Positions 12,789 to 25,147 of a DNA stretch of 64,000 nucleotides are shown piece after piece. This DNA is from Eledone cirrhosa. Its lineage: Eukaryota. Each line of letters opens with the position of its first letter. The stretch's first letter is position 1. Under the pieces are notes generated by a model. The model saw nothing but the letters and a program-made list of their open reading frames with translations. It was not told where the DNA came from and searched no databases. Both the position numbers and the translations under genes were made by a program. The DNA lies in contig CAXHJY010001145.1 of NCBI GenBank assembly GCA_964016885.1, positions 33,264-97,263 on the forward strand, written 5' to 3'.

Positions 12789-13466
12789 TTATACTTTGAG
12801 AAGGTCATGCTGCCAATAAAAACACACACGCACTTGTTGGTTTCCACTTCAATTTATTATAAATTTCCGGTTGGTTGGTTGGTTGGCTAACCGGATGGTT
12901 GTTTATATATTGTCAAAGTTCTTTCGTCACACATCCTGTGACTTCCTCAGTGACTGTGTTTTTTATGTTGTGTCTCTCCTTTGTTCTGCCCTACACCATC
13001 TTATTTTTGTGTGTTGTGTGCTTAGTTTGTGCATGTGTTACACCCGTGTGTGTGTGTGTTTTTATTTATGTATTTACTTGTCACTAGTTGGTTGGTTGTT
13101 CTATCTCTATGTATCTGATTTTCTTTATTAGTTTAGTTTTTGTGTGTGTCTGTATGTCTATATTTTGTCTTTAATTACTAGTTGTGATGTTGTTATTCCA
13201 CTCATGTTTTCTGTTTAATTTTGGTTGGAGTTCGTTTAAGTTTGTCACCTCTGTGATTTGTCTAAGCATTGCATCTTTTCTGTGTGTGGATATAATTTGT
13301 ATCTCTATGTTCTCTAATGTGCCCCTATGTTCTATTTTGGCAAGTTGGTGGAGTACTGATGAGTTTTTCCCATCCTGGAGTTCTCGCCTTATCCTTCCTC
13401 CTATGCTACGGGCTGTTTCACCTATGCATGTGTTTTTATTGGCAGCATGACCCTCCCAAAGTATAA
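12789..13466 (-). mobile_element. Truncated Penelope-like element (GIY-YIG C-terminal part, 3' region, inverted terminal piece)
   Basis: CIGETARSIGGRIRRE...E...LQPKLNRK on the minus strand; 38-bp inverted repeat 12789-12826 / 13429-13466 (2 mismatches); hammerhead motif inside. Confidence 0.75.
12912..12954 (-). ncRNA. Minimal type I hammerhead ribozyme
   Basis: Minus strand GTCA CTGAGGA A GTCACA-GGATG-TGTGAC GAAA GAAC TT TGAC: intact CUGANGA/GAAA core, 6-bp stem II, 4-bp stem I, minimal stem III, UH site. Confidence 0.75.
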
Positions 13467-13524
13467 CAATATCTGTTTCAACACATGTTTTCAGATAAGA
13501 ATCTTGCAAAATGAATTCAAAAAC

Positions 13525-13574
<50 letters not shown>

Positions 13575-13911
13575 GGGCCTTGATAAAAAAACACCCAGTC
13601 CACCCTGTAAGGTGGTAGAGCTGGTACCATGGTAAAATGCCTCCAGTACACACTATAAAGTAGCTGGTATTAGGAAGAGCATTCAGCCATAGAAACCAAA
13701 TAAAAAATGGAAAATTTGAGCAAGATGCATTCATCTGATTGGTCTAGCCTCAAAATGTGACAACCCATTTAACCCATGCAAATATGGAAAATAGACGTTA
13801 ATTGATGATGATAATGAATATTTCCTCTTGCAGGTGCTTCTACATTTGACAAATCATAAAAGAAGTTGGAACTTATTTATCCGAGCCATTGGTACCCTCT
13901 AAACCACTAAA

Positions 13912-14114
13912 ATGGAAACTATAAAAAGAATTGATGATACCAAAGACACTAGAATGCCTTTACAAAAGACAAAGTCTAGATATTTACAAGAAACTCCCAT
14001 CAAGTTTCCACGGATAAACCCTAAAAAAATTCCCTCTGAACTCACTAACAGTGCTAAAAATCTGATGAATTTTAGACTTGCTAAATACAAACAAGAACAT
14101 TTAACCAAGGAATT
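13912..14114 (+). CDS. First coding exon of an unrecognised host gene (exon 13834-14114 includes 5' UTR)
   Basis: Acceptor TTTCCTCTTGCAG|13834, upstream in-frame stop, AAAATGG start context, 67 codons + TT, donor GTAAGT at 14115; non-repetitive sequence. Confidence 0.65.
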
Positions 14115-14814
14115 GTAAGTATGCCAGGGCAGGGTTTTGTTTTTTTCTTTTGTAATTTTTCATTGTTGTTGCAATTGCACTTTAGCTAAATATTTCCAGG
14201 TGATCAATTAAGTCTACCACCTAAGTGGGTTATGGCAGAGTGCAAATAGATGGAACCAATATCACAAGGTATTTCATTCAATGCTATAAAAGTTCTGCCT
14301 GGCCAGTCACCAAGGAATAGGGAGGGTTGCTAGATGCCCCCTCCCCACTACTTTTCAATGGTGTACCCTCAGATTTACAAAATAGAGTTTATAAAAAAAG
14401 GTTCTGAAAAATGTTCCTTAACGTCTTTGCTTTACTAACAAAGAGAAACAAAGAGAAAAATGGAATTTTTAAAAATAATAAAACAAGTAAAAAATTTCAA
14501 CAAAATGTTCTGAGCCTAGGAGCACCAAAGCTTGGCATTGACCATGGATTCTGCTAATTTAATGCTCTAGATTGGTAATTTATTTATCAACTCCAGAAGG
14601 ATGAAAGGCAAGAATAACATTAGCTGGGTTTTAATTCAGAACATAAAGAGCAAGAATAAACACTCAAAAGCAATATGTCCAATATTCTAATGATTTTTGC
14701 CAATTTAACTTTAGTCAGCTCTAATCGAGCAAACCTATCCCCTAAGATATTCCAGCCATAACTATCTCATCTTTTATTTCAGAGACATTATCCAACATGT
14801 TTTTTTTTCCTTAA

Positions 14815-15025
14815 CCCTTTAGCATTATTCTGTATTTACTATTGTATTTGGTAAAAGCTTTACCTCATATGATTATCTCACATAATATTGAATCTATGAG
14901 ATTTTGGTATTATTTATTTTGAGAAAAATGCCTTAACATAAATATGAGCAGCCAGTTACAGCTGGTTTGAACAGAAAGAGGTGAAAGAATTCTGGTTGGA
15001 TACAGCCAGTTTAAATATTAAAGGG
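14815..15025 (+). mobile_element. piggyBac-type MITE, family A
   Basis: TTAA|CCCTTTAGCATT...ATATTAAAGGG|TTAA; interior homologous to 361-566. Confidence 0.85.
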
Positions 15026-15159
15026 TTAAGATAGTAGGAAATGATTTGAAGGAGATCTGACTGTAATTTCTAGCAGGGCAAGCAACCATATGTAGTTGCT
15101 GACATGGTTTCTTTTTCATATTATTATCCAAAAATCCGTGGACTGCTAAATTAGTATTG

Positions 15160-15790
15160 GTCATCATCATCAAGTCCTCACAACTGGTGCAGGCTGTCGG
15201 TGTACCGTTCTGAATTTTTCTGCAGTCAATAGTTGCCACTAGTTTCTATCCTCCATCATGCATAGAAGGGTCACAGTGTTGGGCCTGTCCAGTTCTCAAT
15301 GTTGTTGAACCAGGATTTTCTTTATCTCCCTCTTCATTCTACTACAAATGTGCCCTGAATCATGGTTTTATACAGGGAATCATGGCAAAATATGTGACCT
15401 TATCAGGAGTGCTTCTATCTTTTTACCACCTCAAGGAGTGGTTTGTTTCTGCCAGCATATTTGTTAACTTGCCTCCTGACAAAATTGTTTGATGTGTGTT
15501 CTGTGTATGGGATACATAGCAACCTTCTGATGCCCTTGTGCTCAAATGCCTTTATTCTTTGTTCCATGTCAGCTGCAAGAGTCCAGCACTCACACCCATA
15601 CAGAAGGATCGGAATCACCATGGACTTGTGCAATTGGAACTTTGTTGGAAAACTAATGGAATTGCTTTCCCATATGATATTCTGCTTCATTATGGCAGAA
15701 GAGGCCAGGCTGAGCCTAGTCATTGTCACTTTTAGTTATTTAGCATTCTTGGTCAAAGTGGATTCTAGGTACTTGAAAGTATCTGTATGA
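15160..15790 (-). mobile_element. RTE-clade LINE 3' fragment
   Basis: KSMVIPILLYGCECWTL...IKAFEHKGIRRLLCIPY; (GAT)n tail at ~15161-15171. Confidence 0.8.
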
Positions 15791-15978
15791 TGTTGGTTAT
15801 TGTATCCTGGTTATGACTATTAACTAGAATCTTACTCTCTTCTGGGATTGGTATTAGTATTATCTGGAAAACTACTAAAGGGAGATCTGTTATTTGTTAG
15901 TATCCATCTTGTTTTAAATGATATTTAACAGTATTTAACAATTTTTAAGTATATTTATCAATGTCACTTTTTCTTCAG

Positions 15979-16066
15979 GATACAAGCAGCTATCAAATCT
16001 AAAATAGCCACTAAAGAATCCAATAAGAAAATTCCAAAAATTTTCCCAGTCTATTATCCTCCTGAG
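15979..16066 (+). CDS. Second coding exon of the same host gene
   Basis: Acceptor CTTTTTCTTCAG|, donor GAG|GTAAGA; the first G completes the upstream TT to TTG, giving open frame IQAAIKSKIATKESNKKIPKIFPVYYPPE. Confidence 0.65.
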
Positions 16067-16153
16067 GTAAGAATGTCGCTACTTTGGTACTGCAATGTTA
16101 CTGGCTATTGAAGCGCAATGGCTGTAAGGTTAAGATACTGGTTAGAGGTTTAA

Positions 16154-16374
16154 CCCTTTAGCATTTTCATTACCCTACATTTACTATTGTATTTTCACAG
16201 TAAAGGCTTTACTTCACATAATTATCTCATATAACATTGAATCTATGAGATTTTGATATTATTTATTTTGAGAACAAAACTTTAACAGCAGTATGAGCAG
16301 CCAGTTATGGCTGGTTTAAACAGAAAGAGGTGAGAGAATTCTGACCAGATACAACCAGTTTAAAGGCTAAAGAG
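16154..16374 (+). mobile_element. piggyBac-type MITE, family A
   Basis: TTAA|CCCTTTAGCATTT...GGCTAAAGAG|TTAA. Confidence 0.85.
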
Positions 16375-17261
16375 TTAAGCCTTACTTCAACAGTCAGTCT
16401 GTTTTGTCCTTTGAGATACTTAGAGATATGCTGGAAAAAAAAACTCCCCAGAAAAAAAGAAGAAAAAATAACTCCAGGTTCCACTCTATAATTTGCAGTT
16501 GAGTGATTAGTGGTAGGAAGTGACATCATCCAGCTATAAAATCAATTGTTTCAATATAATACAGCAGCACAGCAAATGTTTTAAGGCCATTTCGCCACAA
16601 CAGCAGAGGGTAGTCAAGTAGGTTTCATGGTAGGTTTCATACTCACCATTGGGCCTTTTTTGAGGCAATGTTTTATGGCCAGATGCTCTTCTTGTTACCA
16701 ACCCTTTTTGTTGATTGATATGACAAAGAGGGATATGGTGTACCCATTCTAATTAGGAGACAGCAATATACACATATGAATGTGTGTATCTATCTGTTTG
16801 TATTCCAACAAGTACACATATATGTACATTTCACTCATGATTGAGTGGCTAATGTTAGGAAGAGAGATCATCTAGCTGCTAAATTACACTTCTGCCTAAA
16901 GAGATTATCAAATTGCAATTGTTAGTGATTTTCAAAGAGAAGGGGAGATAATTTCAAGAGATCATGAATAAGGTCTCAAATAATTTAATGTGTTGCGGAA
17001 AGAACAGTTTGATCATCGTAGTGTTCAAAAGACAACTACTTATGTTTAAATCTATTAGACCTCATCATCATATATATATATATATATAGGCATTGAAGTT
17101 TCCGTTGAAAATTGAAAAAGTCATAGGAGTGAAGAGTGCTCTATGTAAGTACCAGAGCAAAATTTAATGTATAATAAACAATATAATATAATTACCTCAT
17201 TACCAGAGGTTTCCCGAATAAGACGAATACGAAAGAAACGTCCTCATTCGTTCGTCGGACA

Positions 17262-17455
17262 AGGCAATATATGTGCAACCTGCCCACAATGTAAAGAATA
17301 CTACATTGGTGAAACCGGAACGGGTCTACATGACAGAGTTCGAGTACATAAACAACAAATTAGAAACCCCTCTGTCAGAAACACCACATGCAGTGAACAC
17401 TTTGCAACACGCGGAAAGGGAAATTTCACAATTTTCCCCTTTTTTAAAATATCGT
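17262..17455 (+). mobile_element. Penelope-like GIY-YIG endonuclease fragment
   Basis: ATCPQCKEYYIGETGTGLHDRVRVHKQQI...SEHF. Confidence 0.75.
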
Positions 17456-17518
17456 CGGACACAAACACTTCCGAAAAACTGGATCTACCAACTCATAATA
17501 TTATAATAATATATAATT

Positions 17519-17700
17519 GACAGTATCGATAGAGGGTCGGACGCCATGCTTTCTAGCATAGTTACGTCCCTTTACAGACTGAGTTCAAATCCCACCGAGG
17601 TTAACTTTGCCTTTCATCCTTATGGGGTCGATAAAATAAAGTACCAGTAATGTACTGGGTAATTGCTGGCCTTGTGCCAAATGTAGAAACAATTATATAA
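17519..17700 (+). mobile_element. Young tRNA-derived SINE (5' slightly clipped)
   Basis: Matches the SINE at 5669, including B box GTTCAAATCC. Confidence 0.9.
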
Positions 17701-17800
17701 TAACATTAAATCATAAAATTTTTTAACACTACAAGTGAAGTCATTCTTTTCCTTTTTTTCAAATATACCTAACTGTACCAAGGATCTCACACATTTTCCA

Positions 17801-17833
<33 letters not shown>

Positions 17834-18046
17834 AGTATGTATGTGTGTGTATGTATGTGTGTGTATGTATGTATATGTGTGTGTGTGTATGTATCTCTGT
17901 GTGTGTATATGTGTGTGTGTATGTATGTATGTGTGTGTGTATGTATATGTGTGTGTGTGTGTGTGTATGTATATGTGTGTGTATGTATGTGTGTGTGTGT
18001 ATGTATGTATGTATGTATGTGCGTGTGTGTTTATATATATATATAT
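17801..18046. repeat. Compound (TA)/(TG) microsatellite
   Basis: Direct reading. Confidence 0.95.
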
Positions 18047-18215
18047 TCCAAGAACTCCATCCAGTATTTTACTGGTGCATCACATCTTTCATGTCTTTAT
18101 ATTTACTGCAGATGATGACCCATGTGCGAGCTGTCAGAGTAAGTCTTAAAACTAAAATTAATTAAGTTTTATTTGAAGGATATTTTTGCTCCTCATTATG
18201 CCTTGCATTTTTGTT

Positions 18216-19441
18216 CAACATATCTGTGGTCAACTGAATTTATACATGAAAACTCTCAGAAAATTTCATACATCTCAAATCTGATGTCTTCCATTGCTAA
18301 AAGTTGAACATTAATGTTTAGAATTTATAAGTATCTATAATTTCTGCGTTTAAAATTTGTGTGTTTGTATTTTTCAATTTATCATGAACAGTTTATAAAG
18401 TAATTGACAAATTGTAATAACCACACTATATGGTTGATGATCAGTATATTATCATTTGCAAATAGACATATGTATGTGTGCAGATATATAATCATCATAC
18501 ATTGTACTAATCGTTGTTATAATATATTTATAATATTGGGTATGTATTGAAGTTGTTGCTGCCATATAGCAGGTACTAATTGAGTTGTTTGAGGCAATCA
18601 CAAAGCACTCAATGGATCGAGAAGTTAACTATTATCATCCAGAGTAAAACACAACAGTAAAAAAGTGTGAGACTAAGAAAAATTACTGAATGCAGTGGCC
18701 ATACTTATACCACAACAACGATAAATACAAAAAGGTTGAAGACTAACCTGGACCATCTTGAGTCGATTAGAATCGATAGAAATCAATAAAAATCTTCAAT
18801 AGATTTCTGGGAAACCGGAATTACATCACAACTTACATAATGCATCTGCAAATCCTACATGTATCTCCATGATGGAACTGGAGTTCCCATCTTCAGCAAG
18901 TTTTGTTCTCTTGTATTGATCCAAAATTCTGCCTGTTGACATAGGCATTCAACCATAGTAATAATTCTGCCCGTGTCATCATGTGACCTTTCTTACTAGA
19001 AGAGGTTAAGTTGGCTGAACTTTTGGCAGTATTTTCAGGGTGTGAGAACAAAAGGATACTCACAGCCTCAAAACAAAAACTCTCAACTTGCCTTTGTAAA
19101 CAAAAGTAACTAACATATAGATTGTATTAAAGAAGCCAGGGGGATAATAATATTGGGTATGAACTGAAGTTGTAGCTGCCATATAGCAGGTACTAATCGA
19201 GTTGTTTTGAAGAAGTTATTTAACTGTGGTTTGTTCTTATGCCCCTTTGGAAAACTATTAATTACGAGCATGCGTAATTAATACATGCAAAAACCTGAAT
19301 TTTAAACACAGAAAATATAGATTTTTAAAACATTTTTTATACATTAATGTACAACTTTTAGCAATGATGACAGTCTGTTTTGAGATGTATTAATTTTCTA
19401 ATAATTATCATGTGTACTTTAAATAGTTCCCAGATGTGTTG
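18216..19441. mobile_element. Old non-autonomous DNA transposon-like element with ~150-bp degenerate terminal inverted repeats
   Basis: CATTGCTAAAAGTTGAACATTAATGT (~18292) vs ACATTAATGTACAACTTTTAGCAATG (~19341); ATACATCTCAAA vs TTTGAGATGTAT; internal ~60-bp direct repeat at ~18535 and ~19151. Confidence 0.55.
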
Positions 19442-22439
19442 TATGAAACTAAAAAACCAAGCATACAAAGGTTCACTGCCTGATTGCCTATAACCTGTTT
19501 AATACCAACTCATGAAATCATCCTTGGTTCTATAATTCTAAATAGTTTATTTTAAAGTGTTTGTTTACCTAAACACCTATCATAGCTGTGTATAAGAAAC
19601 TTTCTTAACTCTCCTGAAACTGCCTTGGATTTATGATACAAAATTGCTTAGTTGTATAGTTTATCCTTATATTAAAACCTTTCATTATAATTTTATCATT
19701 GAAATTTTTGTTTAGTGATGCTCCAAATATCAATTTACTAATGAAAAATGTAGTTATTTTATTGAACCCTCCAAATTTTTGGTTAATTCAAAATTGTTTA
19801 AAAATCATGGTCAGTGTCTTTCATTAGAAATACAATTATGAAAGAGTTAAGTTATGTCTCAAATACCAGCTAAATTATGAAATAGTAATATTACTAAATC
19901 CCTTCAAATTCTTGATTATTTTCAAAATTATTTGAAAATTATATGTAGTGTCTTTCGTCAGAAATATGGTAAGGAAATGGTTCAAAGTTTTAAGCTGTAA
20001 CAATATTTGCTCCTGTTGATATATTTGTTACGGGTTTTGTCATCCCTTGAGATATTCCACAAGACAAAATGTAAAAATGTGCTTAGAAATAGCCACATTA
20101 CAATGAGCAGACAGGAGAACCTTCTATATGGATGCTTGAACTTCTAAATGTAGCACCCAAACCACACTTAACTGTCTTAAAAAATGAATGCATTGGATAA
20201 TGGAGCCTGAGGTACACCATATCTCAGGAAAAAAAAAGATGGGATGATCATGGCTGGAAGATCATAGGTTTACTTAATCATAGCTGACCTGAGATTAAAT
20301 ACCATTTACTATCACCACCATGCAAAACATATAGCAATGAAACCTCTTTGTGGTTACTCAACTTGCCAGAAATAACAGATAAATGTCCCTTAAATAGAAA
20401 CCTACTTTCTTAAAAAAGAAAAGACACATTAGAAATTCTAGTCATAGACATATCATGGAGAGGTAATGGCTGGAATGCCTTTGATCATAGGCTGGTGAAT
20501 CAGGGTTGACTTGATGCTCCTGATATCATTGAGGACAGTCATACATTTATAATGATACTCAAGGACAGTCACCCATCAACATGCCTGATTTGATATATCA
20601 CACTAGTGCATAGGATAATTAGAATGGATCTCAGTCAGTTTCAATGATGAGTGTTCCAGCTGTTCAATCAATGGGACAGACTGCTCATGCAATTAATGTG
20701 CAAGCGGCTGAGCATTCCAGAGACACAGGTACCCTTAACATAATTCTCAGGAAGGTCCAGCCTGACAGTGTGTGGCAAGGTTGACCTTTTGAATCACAAT
20801 TACAGCCCATTCAACAGGCTTCAAAACAGTTTCTTTTTATCCAGTTTCACTCTCAAGGCTTGGGTTTATCTGGGGTTATGGTAAATGACACTTACCCAAG
20901 ATGCTATGCAGTGGGATCAAACCAAAGACCTAATGATTACAAAACGCACCTCTTAATCATTCAGCTATGTTGTGTCAACATAGGATAAATATGTCTGTTA
21001 AGTGAGGGAAAATGTTTTCTTGAATATTTGTGAGCCACAAAGTTATCCCTACTGTCACACTCTATAAATGAAAGTGAAATAACTCTCCATTGGAATGGCA
21101 AGTAAGAGAAAATTAAAATTCTGTGTATTCTAACATAGAGGACAATTGAAATGGTCTCTGTAATAAATTGACCTACACAGAATGCAAATACATAGAAGCT
21201 CCTGCATTGACCCATATGGTCCTTATTTTATAGACAGTAGGGTGTTTAACAAAATTTATCTAAAACACTGAATTGCAAATAGATTACAAAGATGCTATTT
21301 CCATTTCTGGCTTATGGTGATCCCTATTTTCTAGACGGTAGACAACCAATGATAATAATATTTATCTACTACACTGAGTTGTAGATAAACATATTAAATA
21401 GATCTTTCTCCACTGACTCATGTAATCTCTATTTTATAGAGAGCAGTTGGGCTGTTTTAACCCCTTTCATGCCAACCCACTCAAAAACACCTCTGTTTCT
21501 ATAAAACAATTTAAAGGGTTCCTACTTAAATTAAAACCTTCCAGTACATTTTTTATTTAAAAACATCTTGTTTTGTTAAAAATACCATCTTAATGAAATT
21601 ATCATTTTAGTGAATCCTTCGCTAATTCTTCTCTAAATAATTAAAATATAAAACTTTTCAAAATGGTTGAACAACATTTATCTACTACACTGAATAGGTT
21701 GACAGAAGTTACCCCACTTCTCCATATTTTTTGCAAAGATGCCACATAAAGCTTTCTCTGATCATCAACAAATAGTGTAAAAAAACAAAGTCCTCAAATC
21801 AAGCAAACCCCATCCATCCCTACAAAAAAAATACAAAAAACGACAGGAAGTCATATTGGATTTATTACAACGACAACAGAATTCTTGTTCAAATGTTGGG
21901 TATCTTATTGACATTTTTTAGTTTTGTTTCAATGCCTCTTTTATTAACAGATATTGCTGTATTTAAGGAATGAACCCCAAAACAAAAAGATGCTTTCTAT
22001 TTTTGTTAATATTTTCCTTATATTTAACTACTACTACTACTACTACTACTACTTACTTTATCAATACTAATACAAAACTAACCATTTTAATTTTAACAAA
22101 AACTGAAAGCTTGTCAAAGCTTGTCATATATGTTTCTATATATATATTGGTGTGTATGTGTTTTTTACTGGTGTAAAATGATATGTCCAGTTGTACCCCT
22201 TTACATCACAGGTAAGTTATCTATTCAATAAATCAAGGTTAATAAAAGTGCCAGATTCAAATAAGTACTGGGGTTGACACATGCATGTATGTGTATTTTA
22301 TCGGTTTCAATCGTAGGACTGTAGCCATGCTGGGGCATCAACTTCAAGAGTTTTTAGTTAATCATATCAACTGGTGATTCCAAATGTGTATTTTTGACAA
22401 TAAAATGTGAAAAAGATGTACCTTCTTCTGAAAACCTAA

Positions 22440-22840
22440 AACTGAACAGCTTGATGATACAACCTCTACAGTCAGGTGACAAATATAAGGTATCTTGGAC
22501 AGGATGAGAATGGCAGATATGGGGAACCCATAAATGAGAGGACCAGGAATTAATACCTCAGATGAGTAAGAAAGTATGACCATTAGAACTCTCAGCGTTC
22601 AACAAGTACATTGCCCATCATACTTTTGCTGTGCCCATCCTAATGCCAACACTCAGCTAGTTGAACTGGTCATAATAATAACTGAGTGAGATGGATTCAA
22701 GAACTTGCAAGCCGCTCAGTGTTACTTAAAACTTAAACATTAATGGTGACATGGATATGCTATATTTCTCATGCAAGAAGGGTGGCCAAGGCCTAAAATC
22801 TATATTAACATCATACGAGATCTGAATAATAACACTGAAG
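22440..22840 (+). mobile_element. Decayed R4/Dong-type non-LTR fragment
   Basis: YRYLGQDE...LSAFNKYIAHHTFAVPIL...LNWS...DMLYFSCKKGGQGLKSI with stops. Confidence 0.6.
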
Positions 22841-22844
22841 CAAT

Positions 22845-23400
22845 ATCATCATCATCATACGTCATTGCATGGGTTGGACACCTCTTCAGTACAGCATTTC
22901 TCCACTTGTCGTATTCCTTTATCATCTCTTCCATGAGTTTTAGTGATCCAAGATCAGCTCCAACCACTTCCATCCAGGTTATCCTTGGTTTTTCTCTACT
23001 GTGGATTCCTTCCACTGAGATTATTTGGCACTTCTTCACCCAGCAATCATCATCCATGCACATCATATGTCTCCTCTCCTACACACTACTTCTGATTCCC
23101 CTTATACCCAGTTTCTCATTCAGTTCATCCATGGTTTATCATACTCACGCATTAACATTGCACATCCATTGAAGCATGCTTGCCTCATTTCTCTCCAGCC
23201 TCCACATGTCCTCTGTGTTTACTGCCCATGTCTCATTACCATACAGTATTGCACTTCACAAACAGGTATCATACATTCGATCTTTCATTTACAGGAAGAA
23301 ACCTTTTGTTATTAGCAGGGGTAGCAGTTCCGTAAACTTGCATCCTGTCTTATTCTAGCCACTATGTTCTCACCATCCTCCACTGTTAATTAGACCACCA
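22845..23400 (-). mobile_element. RTE-clade LINE 3' fragment
   Basis: MDDDCWVKKCQIISVEG..SREKPRITW; (GAT)n tail on the minus strand. Confidence 0.75.
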
Positions 23401-23655
23401 GCATACTTTGCTGGAAGTGTATGAACGATGTAACCCAAATAAACTGAGGGAAAAACTGGGTATAAAAGGAATCATATGTAGTCAGTGTGAAACAGGAAAT
23501 ATAAATTTGTTTACCTTGCCATTCTTGTCCAAAACATTGTTCTTATCTAGTGGCATAAATCCATGAAACTCTACCTATCCAGACTGATCAGAAATTTTTG
23601 GATCTCTATAGCTCATTTAGACATGTCCATACACTATAATTAACAGCTACGAAAG

Positions 23656-24150
23656 AAGTCCTCTGTTAGTCCCCTTCTACTCATGTGATGTCACTCCCCC
23701 AGACTTCATGTAAGTCCTCTGCTAGTCCCCTTCTGCTCATGTGATGTCACTCTCCCAGACTTCATGCAAGTCCTCTGCTAGTCCCCTTCTACTCATGTGA
23801 TGTCACTCTCCCAGACTTCATGCAAGTCCTCTGCTAGTCCCCTTCTACTCATGTGATGTCACTCTCCCAGACTTCATGCAAGTCCTCTGCTAGTCACCTT
23901 CTACTCATGTGATGTCACTCTCCCAGACTTCATGCAAGTCCTCTGCTAGTCCCCTTCTGCTCATGTGATGTCACTCCCCCAGACTTCATGCAAGTCCTCT
24001 GCTAGTCCCCTTCTGCTCATGTGATGTCACTCCCCCAGACTTCATGCAAGTCCTCTGCTAGTCACCTTCTACTCATGTGATGTCACTCTCCCAGACTTCA
24101 TGCAAGTCCTCTGCTAGTCCCCTTCTACTCATGTGATGTCACTGCTCCCA
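23656..24150. repeat. 56-bp minisatellite, ~9 units
   Basis: AAGTCCTCTGCTAGTCCCCTTCT(A/G)CTCATGTGATGTCACTC(T/C)CCCAGACTTCATGC starts at 23656, 23712, 23768, 23824 ... 24104. Confidence 0.95.
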
Positions 24151-24946
24151 ATACTTCTGATACACTACCCATAACTCTACAGTAGGCAAGAAAGAATACT
24201 GAGTTGCTGCAGACGTGTAATGTTCATGGCAGGTGACTAATAGGTGAAGCAGTGTCAAGTGATCCAAGGGGATGGAAACTGTGGAAGAGGAAGATGTAAT
24301 GAAACCTTATCTTTAGCAGCTAAATCTCATGAAGGAGATGAGAAGAGATTGTAAAAATTGATGAAACACTGTGCTGGAGAAAATCCGTCCAACCCATGCA
24401 AGCATGGAAACATGGATGGAAAATGATGGTGATGAGATGCACTTGTATATAAATTATATAAATATACACAAACATAAAGATAAAATTGAGTTATAAATCA
24501 ACAAAATATCAAATTAAATTATAACACCAAATTATTTCAAAGGAAGAGGACAAAATATTTTCTTAGATAATACTAAAAATAATTAAAGTCAACCTCAACT
24601 AAGAGGACTCAAAAAAAAAAAAACGTACTACTAAACATTTTAAAGCATTTATGATAGTGAAATCAAAAGTTGTCTCCCTTACATTCCGTACCATTTTAAT
24701 CTTTTATTGCTCACAGAACATTCAGATAACTTTTGATGTGATTCATTGACTATTGTCAATCATGATTTGTCAAGTTCGATTCCATTGAATGGAACTTTGA
24801 CCTTAGGAAATGATCTTCTACCATAACTTTATGAATCAAATTATGTATATGGAAATTGCACAGCCCATCGAATAGATAGACTCTATATGGGCTAGTCTTG
24901 TCACAGCTAAGTGTAAAAGTACACACACACATACATATATATATAT

Positions 24947-25147
24947 ATAGGAAAATGGTCAAGACCCCGACGGCATGGCTCAAGCCGTTTCGACGGCTAT
25001 TTCTGGACTAACCAGAAATAGTCGTCGAAATGGCTTGAGCTCTGCCGTCGGGGTCTTGACCATTTTCCTATTACCCACTCTACTACCCTAAGTATTGAGT
25101 ACTCTCGTGCGTTATGGTCCATCTGGTTCCTTACCACACTTCCTTTG

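Noticed and set aside
18105-18145. CAGATGA TGACCCATGTGC GAGC TGTC as a hammerhead
   Set aside because: Both core segments mismatched and stems weak; at most a relic
17735-18165. Cys/Val-rich ORFs
   Set aside because: Translations of a (TG)/(TA) microsatellite
19490-21670. Second TTAA-type MITE family (~19490-19850, ~21457-21670)
   Set aside because: Termini too degenerate to define boundaries by eye
23656-24150. 56-bp repeat as a CRISPR-like array
   Set aside because: Head-to-tail units with no variable spacers
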